From: an uncultured Hydrogenophaga sp.
GTDB lineage: Bacteria > Pseudomonadota > Gammaproteobacteria > Burkholderiales > Burkholderiaceae_C
DNA length: 64,000 bases
Reading direction: 5' to 3'
NCBI GenBank assembly: GCA_964396895.1
Contig: CAYNGJ010000015.1
Span: forward strand, 33,831-97,830
In this document: positions 52,628 to 61,279 of the stretch, piece by piece
Numbering within the stretch: position 1 is the first letter of the stretch
How the letters are laid out: each line of letters starts with the position of its first letter
Notes under the pieces: model-generated
What the model saw: the letters and a program-made list of their open reading frames with translations, nothing else
Databases searched by the model: none
Told to the model about the DNA's origin: nothing
Position numbers and translations under genes: made by a program

Positions 52628-53265
52628 GGGGATGGGAGGGATTGGTGGGATGGTGTGGCCGCAGGCCGCGCCTGACGGCTGATGGCCAGCGCCGCCACAG
52701 CGGTCACCAGCGGGGCCAGTCCCAGCAGCACCCAGGCCAGCGGCCAGCGCAGCACGCCCACCATCACAAACCCCAGCAACACCAGTACCGCGCAGCCGGT
52801 GGTGCCCATGGGGTTGTGGCGCAGTGGGCCCAGCATTTTCAGGCCAGTGCCGGCGATCAGCCCTGCGGCCACGGCACCCAGACCGCGAAGCGCGCCGTGC
52901 ACGGCCGGTGCCTCAACCCAGGCACTGACCAGCACCACCAGCAGCAGCATGATGCACAAGGGCAGGGTGAGCATGCCCGCTAGGGCGGCCATGGCGCCAC
53001 CCGCACCGAAAAAGCGCCCCCCCAGCATCAGCGACATGTTGACCACGTTGGGCCCGGGCATGATCTGCGCCACCGCCCAATCTTCCAAAAACTGCTCGTT
53101 GCTGAGCCAGCGGCGCTTTTCCACCATCTCGCGCTGGACCAGCGCCACCACACCGCCAAAGCCTTGCAGAGCCAGCCAGGAAAAGGCCCAGAACAACGCG
53201 GTTTTGGAGGCAGGTTGGGCCAAGTTTGGCACGCCAGTCATGGGCGTTGTGGCATTCAAATGCAT
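52624..53265 (-). CDS. chromate transporter (CHR) family protein, half-size
   Basis: Supporting sequence is FGGVVALVQREMVEKRRWLSNEQFLEDWAVAQIMPGPNVVN. It overlaps its partner gene by 4 nt. Confidence 0.85.
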   Translation of the reverse strand: MHLNATTPMTGVPNLAQPASKTALFWAFSWLALQGFGGVVALVQREMVEKRRWLSNEQFLEDWAVAQIMPGPNVVNMSLMLGGRFFGAGGAMAALAGMLTLPLCIMLLLVVLVSAWVEAPAVHGALRGLGAVAAGLIAGTGLKMLGPLRHNPMGTTGCAVLVLLGFVMVGVLRWPLAWVLLGLAPLVTAVAALAISRQARPAATPSHQSLPSP

Positions 53266-53318
53266 AGCTTAAAAGTGAATACAGTCATGCGCTATGTGGC
53301 AATTTGTTGTTAATTTTT
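53265..53318 (-). repeat. AT-rich repeat copy R7, exactly filling the SDR-stop to chrA-start spacer
   Basis: The reverse complement reads AAAAATTAACAACAAATTGCCACATAGCGCATGACTGTATTCACTTTTAAGCTA. Confidence 0.7.
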
Positions 53319-54061
53319 CACACCGTCATACCACCGGCCACTTCCAGCACCGCACCATTGACGTAGCTTGCCTCGTCGCTGGCCAAAAAGGCGTAAACGT
53401 TGGCGATTTCCTCGGGTCGGCCCAGGCGCTTGAGTGGCACGCGGTGCTCCATTTCGGCAATCACTTTGTCGGGAATGGTGCTGAGGATGGGGGTGGCCAC
53501 AAAGCCTGGGGCCACGGCGTTCACGCGGATGCCTTTGGGACCCAGTTCGCGACTCCAGGTTTTGGTGAAACCGATCACGCCAAACTTGGTGGCCGCGTAA
53601 TTGGTTTGCCCGAAGTTGCCATAAATGCCGACCACCGAACTCGCGTTCAGGATGACGCCACTGCCTTGGGCCACCATGGTGTCGGCCACCGCTTGCGTGC
53701 AGTGAAAAACGCCGCGCAGGTTGACGTCAATGACCTTGTCAAACTGCTCCAGTGTCATCTTTTGCAGCCGTGCATCCTGCGTGATGCCGGCGTTGTTCAC
53801 CAGCACGTCAATGCGGCCAAACCGCTCTTTCACCTGGGCGACCACGGCGTCCACCATGTCCCGTTGGGTCACATCCATCACGAAGCCGATGGACTCCGCA
53901 CCCAGCGCCTTGCAACGGACCACGGCATCGTCCACGGCGGACTGCTTCATGTCGCACACCACGACCACGGCGCCTTCGGCGGCAAATTTCATGGCGGTGG
54001 CCATGCCAATGCCCTGGGCAGCGCCGGTGATGATGCTGACCTTGTTGTTCAATCGTTTCAT
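53318..54061 (-). CDS. SDR family oxidoreductase (FabG/3-oxoacyl reductase-like)
   Basis: It has [12 protein letters not shown] and YAATK catalytic motifs. Confidence 0.9.
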   Translation of the reverse strand: MKRLNNKVSIITGAAQGIGMATAMKFAAEGAVVVVCDMKQSAVDDAVVRCKALGAESIGFVMDVTQRDMVDAVVAQVKERFGRIDVLVNNAGITQDARLQKMTLEQFDKVIDVNLRGVFHCTQAVADTMVAQGSGVILNASSVVGIYGNFGQTNYAATKFGVIGFTKTWSRELGPKGIRVNAVAPGFVATPILSTIPDKVIAEMEHRVPLKRLGRPEEIANVYAFLASDEASYVNGAVLEVAGGMTV

Positions 54062-54139
54062 GTTTTGGGGTAATGGCTGGTTTGAGAAAAGCGCCCACGG
54101 GGCGCAAGGGTGTGTGGGCGGTGCACGGGGTGTGGCCGC

Positions 54140-54754
54140 TCAATCGACATTGTGCACAGGCGTGTGCCACACCAGCCGCCCCTGACCACCGTCGTTCAGA
54201 CGTTGCTCAAAGGTGGCGGCCTGCGCGTCGGGCAGGCTGAGGGTCAGCGTCACCACGCTGCCGTGTGCCACGGCCAGCAACTGGGCTTGCTGCTGCTCAA
54301 TTTCGCGGCGCACCCAGCCTTCCAGCGCATAGGGCACGCTGCATTGACGTTGCACCAAGCGTTGCAGGGGCACGAGTTGGGCATTGGCCTTGGCGCTCAG
54401 CAAGGCCTGGGCCACGGCGTCGGTGTAGGCACGGACCAGGCCGCCAGCACCCAGTTTGACACCCCCAAAGTAACGCACCACGGTGGCCAGACAACCGTCC
54501 AGCGCCTGGTGGCGCATCACGTCAAGCATGGGGCGGCCTGCGGTGCCGCCGGGTTCGCCATCGTCGTTGGCGGCCGACTGACCACCAGCCAACAAGGCCC
54601 AGCACACATGCGCCGCAGTCGGATGCTGCTGCTTGAGCCCGGTCACCCGCGCCAACGCCGCCGCGCGGTTGCCCACGGGCTCCACACACGCCAGGAAACG
54701 GCTTTTTTTGATGGTGAGTTCGGCGTGCGCGGCGCTCAGCAGTGTCTGGCTCAT
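54140..54754 (-). CDS. YigZ/IMPACT family protein
   Basis: Starts at ATG 54754. Supporting sequence is IKKSRFLACV..HVCWA..DDGEPGGTAGRPML and RYFGGVKLGAGGLVRAY. Confidence 0.85.
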   Translation of the reverse strand: MSQTLLSAAHAELTIKKSRFLACVEPVGNRAAALARVTGLKQQHPTAAHVCWALLAGGQSAANDDGEPGGTAGRPMLDVMRHQALDGCLATVVRYFGGVKLGAGGLVRAYTDAVAQALLSAKANAQLVPLQRLVQRQCSVPYALEGWVRREIEQQQAQLLAVAHGSVVTLTLSLPDAQAATFEQRLNDGGQGRLVWHTPVHNVD

Positions 54755-54840
54755 GCGGCGATTGTCGTCAAAGCGGTTTTGACAGGGTCTGCACTGGCGC
54801 CGAGTTGACTGAGGCACCGAACGAGGCCACACGCCAGCAT

Positions 54841-54890
54841 GTGTTACATTATTCCACGATGTATATTATGTAAAGTCATGCAGAGGCAAA
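54841..54890 (-). repeat. degenerate copy (R8) of the AT-rich repeat
   Basis: The reverse complement reads TTTGCCTCTGCATGACTTTACATAATATACATCGTGG. It shares TGCCTCT with R1a/R5 and GCATGACT with R7, and has no AGCTA end. Confidence 0.3.
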
Positions 54891-54981
54891 CCGCACCATC
54901 ACAGATGCAGACAACCGACCCCGCCCACTTCGGGCCTGGGCCCGTGCATGGATCGGCAACGGCCTTTCAGGCCCCGTGCAG

Positions 54982-57633
54982 TCAGGGCAACACCTGCATT
55001 GACTGGGTCCACTGCGTGGGCTGCAGCTGCAAGGCGCGGTATTGCACCTTGGCCCAGGTGGTGGACATGTCGCGGTAGCGCGGTGACCACACGTTGCCGC
55101 TCTGGCCCGTTTGGTAGATGAATGCGCTGTTGTCCAGGTCGGCCAAGTCGTACACCGCGCGCAGCGATGCGGCGTGCCGGTTGGCGTAGGGCTGTGCCGG
55201 GTTGTCCAGCTGGAATTGACCCACGTTGACCGTGAAGGTGTCGCCCCCAGTGGGCACACTGACCTCGAACGCCGGTGCCAGCGCCTTGACGTTACTGAAC
55301 GGTTGGTGTTTAGACACCGCGGGGTGGGCTTGCCCCCAGCGCCATTGATCCACACGGGGGCCGTGCCGGGTCTGCAATTCCGTCAATGCAGTGCTCAGCG
55401 CCCGTGAGGACGCTTCGGCACAACCGCCCTCCCCGCACCAAAAGCCATCGTTGCGGGCCAACGCGTCTTCCATGGCGGTGCGGAAATGGCGCTTGCCGTA
55501 GAGGGACTTGGTCCGTGCCTCGCCCAGTGTGCGGACCAACGCTTGCCGTGTGAACACGTCCACCCATGCGGTGAAGATCAGGGGTGCGGCGTGGTCGGCC
55601 CGCATCACGCCGTCAAAGTGGGCCAAGGCCTGTTGCGCGGCGACGGCCAAGGGGTGGTCGGAAGGGGTGTTTTGCAACACCGGCAACAGCTTCAAAGTGG
55701 CCAGGGAGAGCTCATCGGCTTGCAAGGCCTGCATGGACTGCCGCGTGTGGCGGGGGGTGGCCGCCAGCAGGGCCTCAATGCGCTGCTGGCGGTGGGGGTG
55801 CGTCCAGTCCTGGGTGATGAAGTGCGGGTAGTCGGAGCCGTGGATGCGCTGGTTGGCGGTGGCCAGCCAGCCCCGCTGCTGCGCTTGGGCAGAGGCCGCC
55901 CGCTGGGCCGCCGCCACTGCCGGGCTGGTGCCGGGGGTGAATGCCGGTGTTGACGGTTCGCCCAGGCGGGTTTCGGGTGTGTCGGCGTAGGGTATCCAGC
56001 CCTGCCAGTCGTAACGCGCATCCCAGCCGGGCGACGGCGCCACACCCCGAATGTCATTGTCCGGGGCGCGAACGGGCACTTTGCCTGCGGCCTTGTAGGC
56101 CACGTGGCCCTGCACATCGGCCACCACCACGTTCTGCATGGGCGAGTGGTAATGGCGGTACGCGGCGAGCAGCTCATCCACACTGCGGGCGCGGTTGCCT
56201 TCCAGCCCGGCCAGCACCGTGTGGTTGTCGGCGTCCAGCGCGCTCCAGCGCAATGCCAACACGAACTGGCGGGTGTCCAGCAGTTCGGCGTGACTGGATT
56301 GGGCATCGCTGAGCACCGGGCCGTGGCGCGTGGTGCGCACCGTGTGGTGGACGTCGCCTTGCCCTTTGACGCGGATGGTTTCCTCGCGGGTGTCAAAGTC
56401 GGCCCAGGCGGCTGGCTGGCCGGGGGGCGCGGGCACGCGGTACTGCGCGGGGTTGGCGGGGTTGACTTGTTCCAGATACAGGTCTTGCACGTCAGGGGCG
56501 GTGTTGGTGAAGCCCCAGGCCAGGTGGGCATTGCGCCCCAGCACCACAAAAGGCAGGCCCGGCAGGGTGGCGCCCGTGACGTTCAGTTCGCCCTGCCCCG
56601 CCGCCGTCGGTGCCTGCAAACGTGCAAAGTACCAGACGGCAGGGGCGCTCAGGCCCAAGTGGGGGTCATTGGCCAACAATGGCCGCCCACTGTGGGTGCG
56701 CGAGCCCGCCACCACCCAGTTGTTGGAGCCCTTGCCATCCACCTCGCCCAGGGTGTGGGCCCAGTCGTTGACCGACTGCGCCAGTGTGGCGGACGCGGTG
56801 CGCGTCAATTTTGCATAAAAAGTGCCTCCAGCGCTTTCCCTTATTGGGTTGTCAGCTGCACTTTTTTTATTGAATTTGTCCGACTGATCGGCATACACGC
56901 CCAGGCCCCGGTACAGCTGGGCCAAGTCGGCGGTGGCGGCAGGCAGCTCGCCGGGGTAAGCCGGGAACAGTTGCCACAGGCGCTGGGTGTCCAACACCTG
57001 CAAGGCGGTGAGCCGCGCGAACTCGTTGCCCCAGTTGCCGCCCAGGTCCAGCGCCATCATGAGCGCCCAGCCCATGGCGTCGATGGGGGTCCAAAATTGG
57101 CCTTTTCGGGCGGCGCTGCGCGGGTCAATGCCCAGTGCCAGGAACTCGGGGGTGAGTGACTGGTGGCTGTGCGCCATGAAGGTGTTCACGCCATCGGCGT
57201 AGGCTTGCAGGGCGGCCTGGGCATGGGTAGGCAACCCTTGCCACTGGCGCTCGGCGGCCTGGGGCAAGCCGAGCGTGCGCAGCAGCTTGTCGGTGGGCAG
57301 GGTGGCAGGGCCCAGCACTTCCGACAACGTGCCATGCATCACCCGGCGGTTGAACTCCAGTTGCCACGCCCGTTCCTGCGCGTGCACCATGCCCAGGGTT
57401 TTGAAGGCATCGAGCGGGTTCTGGGCCAGGATGTGCGTGACGTCGGCGGGGTCGCGCCTGACCTGCACCGCTGCGCTCAAGCCCGGCAGATGCGCAACGC
57501 CCTGCATTTGGGGCAGGCTGCGCAGGGCATACACGGCGGTGGTGGCACCGGCGATCAGCGCGGCCGCGCCCAACAGGCCCATCACGGCCAGGGAAATTCG
57601 GGTCAGTCGGGTCAATCGGGTCAATCGGTTCAT
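54982..57633 (-). CDS. penicillin acylase family Ntn-hydrolase (AHL/beta-lactam acylase type)
   Basis: It has a signal peptide, an alpha-subunit region, a spacer, then G-SNNWVV (nucleophile Ser at residue 303 by my count) and ANDPHL. Confidence 0.92.
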   Translation of the reverse strand: MNRLTRLTRLTRISLAVMGLLGAAALIAGATTAVYALRSLPQMQGVAHLPGLSAAVQVRRDPADVTHILAQNPLDAFKTLGMVHAQERAWQLEFNRRVMHGTLSEVLGPATLPTDKLLRTLGLPQAAERQWQGLPTHAQAALQAYADGVNTFMAHSHQSLTPEFLALGIDPRSAARKGQFWTPIDAMGWALMMALDLGGNWGNEFARLTALQVLDTQRLWQLFPAYPGELPAATADLAQLYRGLGVYADQSDKFNKKSAADNPIRESAGGTFYAKLTRTASATLAQSVNDWAHTLGEVDGKGSNNWVVAGSRTHSGRPLLANDPHLGLSAPAVWYFARLQAPTAAGQGELNVTGATLPGLPFVVLGRNAHLAWGFTNTAPDVQDLYLEQVNPANPAQYRVPAPPGQPAAWADFDTREETIRVKGQGDVHHTVRTTRHGPVLSDAQSSHAELLDTRQFVLALRWSALDADNHTVLAGLEGNRARSVDELLAAYRHYHSPMQNVVVADVQGHVAYKAAGKVPVRAPDNDIRGVAPSPGWDARYDWQGWIPYADTPETRLGEPSTPAFTPGTSPAVAAAQRAASAQAQQRGWLATANQRIHGSDYPHFITQDWTHPHRQQRIEALLAATPRHTRQSMQALQADELSLATLKLLPVLQNTPSDHPLAVAAQQALAHFDGVMRADHAAPLIFTAWVDVFTRQALVRTLGEARTKSLYGKRHFRTAMEDALARNDGFWCGEGGCAEASSRALSTALTELQTRHGPRVDQWRWGQAHPAVSKHQPFSNVKALAPAFEVSVPTGGDTFTVNVGQFQLDNPAQPYANRHAASLRAVYDLADLDNSAFIYQTGQSGNVWSPRYRDMSTTWAKVQYRALQLQPTQWTQSMQVLP
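56817..56868 (+). repeat. AT-rich repeat copy R9, translated in frame (antisense orientation) inside the acylase spacer peptide
   Basis: AAAAAGTGCCTCCAGCGCTTTCCCTTATTGGGTTGTCAGCTGCACTTTTTTT lies within the AT-rich patch 56808-56880, which encodes DKFNKKSAADNPIRESAGGTFYAKL. Confidence 0.85.
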
Positions 57634-57668
57634 GGTGTGGTCGGGGCGGCTGAAGCCCGGTCAGTTGT

Positions 57669-58673
57669 TCAGTCCCAAAACATCAGGGCTTCTTTGCCCA
57701 TGAGGTGCAGTTCCACCGGTTTGCCCACAGGCAACAGCACCTTGGTGGGCACATGGCCAAAAGGCAGCTCGCCCAAAACGGGCACTCCGTGCGGACACCT
57801 GTCGGTGGGCGCCGACAGTTGTTGGCGCAACCAGTCGGTGACGGAGCGGAGCTTGAACCCACGGTCGTGGGGCACGGGTTTGTACTGGGTGAACTGGCCC
57901 ATCAGCACGGCTTGCTGCTGTCCCAGGATGCCCGCATACAACAATTGGGTGAGCATGCGCTCCACCCGGTAGGGGTGCTCGCCCACGTCTTCCAGAAACA
58001 GAATGCCGCCGGGCACCGAGGGCATCCACGGCGTACCCACCAGCGAACACAGCACCGCGAGGTTGCCGCCCCACAGCACGGCGTTGTGGATGCTGACCGC
58101 GGGCTCGTCGCCGGTGGCCACGGGGCGGTCGTGTTTAGGCACCCGCCAACCCGTGCCCTCGCCCAGGCCACAGAGCAGGTCTTCGAAGCAGGATTCCATG
58201 ATGTCATCGGGCACCGGGGCTTCGTCCGTGCCCAGTGCCGGGTCGGCACCAAAGTCTTCCCCCAGCGCCGGACCAGCCCAGGTCACGGCCCCCTGCCCCA
58301 AGTCGCCTTGGGTGCGTTGCCGGTGCGCCATCAGGCCGAGTTGCAAAGCGGTGAAATCACTCAGGCCCACCCAGTGCATGCCCGCTTCGATGGATTGGGC
58401 CACCGCGTCAAACGGGAGTTGCGGCAACAGGCGGGTGAGGCCGTAGCCACCTCGGGAAATGAGGGCCACATCGGCCTGGCTGGCGGCGGCGCGGGCAATG
58501 GCGGCCAGCCTGACCTCGTCGGGACCGGCAAACCGCTGGTGGCTGCGCAGGGCGTCGGCATCCACCTCGACGGTGTGGCCCAGGGTCTTCAGCCTGTTGA
58601 TGCCCCGGCGAAACGCCGTTTTGTCGCGCACGGCACCGGAGGGGGAGTAGATGTAAATGTGTTTGTGGGTCAC
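57669..58673 (-). CDS. ldcA: LD-carboxypeptidase (S66 family)
   Basis: GTG start at 58673 (GTGA overlap with the upstream gene). Supporting sequence is IYIYSPSG, ISRGGYGLTRLL, GLSDFTAL and LPFGHV. Confidence 0.85.
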   Translation of the reverse strand: MTHKHIYIYSPSGAVRDKTAFRRGINRLKTLGHTVEVDADALRSHQRFAGPDEVRLAAIARAAASQADVALISRGGYGLTRLLPQLPFDAVAQSIEAGMHWVGLSDFTALQLGLMAHRQRTQGDLGQGAVTWAGPALGEDFGADPALGTDEAPVPDDIMESCFEDLLCGLGEGTGWRVPKHDRPVATGDEPAVSIHNAVLWGGNLAVLCSLVGTPWMPSVPGGILFLEDVGEHPYRVERMLTQLLYAGILGQQQAVLMGQFTQYKPVPHDRGFKLRSVTDWLRQQLSAPTDRCPHGVPVLGELPFGHVPTKVLLPVGKPVELHLMGKEALMFWD

Positions 58674-59269
58674 GGTGAGCTGCCTTTGCGTTGTTTGACG
58701 CTGTTGAGTCGTTGGCGGCGGCGCCAGCGGGTGCGGGCCACCCAGATCAGGCTGGTCAGGGCGTAAACCACCAGCCCACCGGTCACGGCGAAGATGACCA
58801 GCCCCACCACCAGGGGTTTGCCCACGCCGGTGAGGTAGGTCCAAAAGCGCGCCAACTGCTGGCCCAGGCTGCGGGCCTCCTGCTTCACCGGGTCAGGCGC
58901 TTGGGCCAGTACCTCTTGGGCGTTTTGCGCCACCGTGGGGGGCTCGCCCACCAGCTTCACCCCCAGCTTGTAGGCGGCGTAGTACACCGGTCCAAAGGTC
59001 ACGGGGTTGGTCACCAGGGTGCTGCCCATGGCCACTGGCAGGTTGGCCCGCAGCAGCACGGCGGTGGCAGCAGAAAAGGGGATTTGCGCCACCGGAATCA
59101 AAAAGCCAAAAAAGATGCCAATGGCCAGGCCCAGTGCCAGGCCCTTGCGGCTCATGTGCCACAGGCGGGGGTGGTACAGGGCGGGGCCCAGCCATTTCAA
59201 CCAGCGGTTGTGCTGAACACTTTCCCGCGTGGGCAGTTGTTTTTTGAGCCAGGCGTTCATGGGCGCCAA
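58670..59269 (-). CDS. DUF2062 domain membrane protein
   Basis: Supporting sequence is RKGLALGLAIGIFFGFLIPVAQIPFSAATAVLLRANLPVAMGSTLVTNPVTFGPVYY. Confidence 0.8.
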   Translation of the reverse strand: MAPMNAWLKKQLPTRESVQHNRWLKWLGPALYHPRLWHMSRKGLALGLAIGIFFGFLIPVAQIPFSAATAVLLRANLPVAMGSTLVTNPVTFGPVYYAAYKLGVKLVGEPPTVAQNAQEVLAQAPDPVKQEARSLGQQLARFWTYLTGVGKPLVVGLVIFAVTGGLVVYALTSLIWVARTRWRRRQRLNSVKQRKGSSP

Positions 59270-60528
59270 CCGGTGGACTTCAGCAGTTCGCCCACTGCGC
59301 AGGCCAGTGCCTGGCCGCCATCGGGCGTGTCGGGGTGGGCCAGTGGGCAGTGGGCCATGACCAGGCCTTGCAGTGCGTTCATGGGTGATGCGGGGAGGTC
59401 TGCGGGCTGAAAACGGGCAAAGGCGCGCAGCGCAGCGCGGTGGCCTGGGTCGGGGAACGGGGCATCATAAGCGGGGTGCAAGGCAGCGGCTCGGCGCGGG
59501 CGCGGGGTGCGCCGGGGGGGTGCCGGGCGGTCAACGGCCGGGGCGTGCTCGGCTGGGGGGCTCCAGCTCAGCACGGCCGCACATCCGGTGGGCCATGCCT
59601 GCACACAGGCCGCCGCCAAGGCCGCCATGCCGCCCTGCGCGGGTGCGAGCAGCAGCACGCGCCGCACCCCCAGGTGCTGCAACAGCGCCTGCAGCACTTG
59701 GCTGTGCCATTCGATGCGGTGTGCCTGCTCTTTTTTGGGCTTGTCGCTGTGGCCAAAGCCCAGCAAATCGGGCACCACCACCCGCAGGCCCAGGTCCGCC
59801 AGCGCGGGCAATACGTGGCGGTACTCCCATCCCCAGCCCTCCGTGGTGTGCAGGCACAGCACGGCCAGGTCGCTGGACATGTCGCTGGGGGGGGGCTGCT
59901 CCAGGTAATGCAGGCGCAGCCCCGCCAGCACGGGCCAGTCGCTCACCCAGTGGCGCTGGCCAGGCAACGGGGGAAGGTGGGCAAAGCGGCTTTCCGGCGT
60001 GCGCAGCGCGTCTTCGCGCAGTGGCTGTGGGTTGACACGGCGGGGCGCAAAAAAGGCCTTCAGTACCTGCGCGCAGTCGTGGGCCAGTACACCACCTTGC
60101 ACCAGGGTGTGGTGGTTGAGCGCGGGCAGCGCAAAGAGGTTGAGTACCGAGCCTGCGGCACCGGTTCGGGCATCCGCTGCGCCAAACACCACGCGTGCCA
60201 GGCGCCCATGCAGCATGGCACCGCTGCACATGGCACACGGCTCCAGCGTGACGTACAGCGTGCAGCCGTCCAGCCGGTAGTTGCCCAGGGCTTGTGCGGC
60301 GGCTCGCAGTGCCACCACTTCGGCATGGCCTGTGGGGTCGTGGCTGGCCACAGGGCGGTTGTGGCCGGTGGCCAACAACTGGCCCTGGGCGTCCACCACC
60401 ACGGCGCCCACGGGCACTTCGCCCTGGGCCGCGGCCTGCTCGGCTTGTGCCAGTGCCAGCTGCATCCAGCGCTCGTCGTCTGCCTGTGTCTCGCGCGTTG
60501 AACCTTGTTGCTGCCCCACTGTCACCAT
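59257..60528 (-). CDS. tadA: tRNA adenosine(34) deaminase TadA fused to a degenerate haloalkane-dehalogenase-like alpha/beta-hydrolase domain
   Basis: Starts at ATG 60528. The deaminase motifs HAEVVAL and PCAMCSGA are present. The second domain has RFAHLP..GLRLHY..PDLLGFGHSDKP..AYDAPFPD, but the nucleophile position reads PAQGG instead of HDWGG. Confidence 0.8.
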   Translation of the reverse strand: MVTVGQQQGSTRETQADDERWMQLALAQAEQAAAQGEVPVGAVVVDAQGQLLATGHNRPVASHDPTGHAEVVALRAAAQALGNYRLDGCTLYVTLEPCAMCSGAMLHGRLARVVFGAADARTGAAGSVLNLFALPALNHHTLVQGGVLAHDCAQVLKAFFAPRRVNPQPLREDALRTPESRFAHLPPLPGQRHWVSDWPVLAGLRLHYLEQPPPSDMSSDLAVLCLHTTEGWGWEYRHVLPALADLGLRVVVPDLLGFGHSDKPKKEQAHRIEWHSQVLQALLQHLGVRRVLLLAPAQGGMAALAAACVQAWPTGCAAVLSWSPPAEHAPAVDRPAPPRRTPRPRRAAALHPAYDAPFPDPGHRAALRAFARFQPADLPASPMNALQGLVMAHCPLAHPDTPDGGQALACAVGELLKSTGWRP

Positions 60529-60637
60529 CGAGTCCCAGGTTAATGCCAAATGGCTCGGGCCGGGTCCGCACCAAGCCGTACCATCTGATGATAGCCACCG
60601 GCACTGCGCCGCGTTCAACCGCCCTGCCCTGCACCCC

Positions 60638-61279
60638 ATGTACTGCCCTGCCCACTTCGAAGAAACCCGATTGCCCGTGCTGCACGACCTGGTGCACCAA
60701 CACCCCCTGGCCACGCTGGTCACCCAGGGGGCCAATGGCCTGTCGGCCGAGCACGTGCCTTTGCTGCTGCGGCCCGGCACCGGTGGCCAGGACCTCCTGG
60801 TGGGCCATGTGGCGCGCGGCAACCCATTGGCACAGGCCCACCTGGCCGAGGTCTTGGTGGTGTTCCAAGGCCCGCAGTGTTATGTGTCGCCCAACTGGTA
60901 CGCCAGCAAACCAGACAGTGGTCAAGTGGTGCCCACTTGGAACTACGCAGTGGTGCACGCGAAAGGCACCCTGCGCACCCTGGACGATGCGGGCTGGAAG
61001 CGCACGCTGCTGAACGAACTCACCCAAACCCACGAACAGGCGCAGCCCCATCCCTGGGCGGTGGACGATGCGCCAGAGCCCTACATCGAGCGTTTGCTGG
61101 GCGCCATTGTGGGCATTGAAATTCAGGTCCATGCCCTGAACGGAAAATGGAAGGTCAGCCAGAACCAGCCCGCAGCCAACCGAGTCACGGTGGTGGCCGG
61201 GTTGCAGGGCGCAGGCGGCGCGCAGCAACAGGCCATGGCGGAGCTGGTGCAGGCCTTTGGCCAAGCCCCCGCGCGGTGA
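60638..61279 (+). CDS. FMN-binding negative transcriptional regulator (PaiB family)
   Basis: Starts at ATG 60638. Supporting sequence is MYCPAHFEE..HPLATLVT..CYVSPNWY..VPTWNY and KVSQNQ. Confidence 0.85.
   Translation: MYCPAHFEETRLPVLHDLVHQHPLATLVTQGANGLSAEHVPLLLRPGTGGQDLLVGHVARGNPLAQAHLAEVLVVFQGPQCYVSPNWYASKPDSGQVVPTWNYAVVHAKGTLRTLDDAGWKRTLLNELTQTHEQAQPHPWAVDDAPEPYIERLLGAIVGIEIQVHALNGKWKVSQNQPAANRVTVVAGLQGAGGAQQQAMAELVQAFGQAPAR

Noticed and set aside
57601-57627. The tandem 9-mers, or the AT-rich repeats, as a CRISPR array.
   Set aside because: The units are far too short and contiguous (9 bp), or are dispersed kilobases apart. There is no repeat-spacer periodicity and there are no cas genes.
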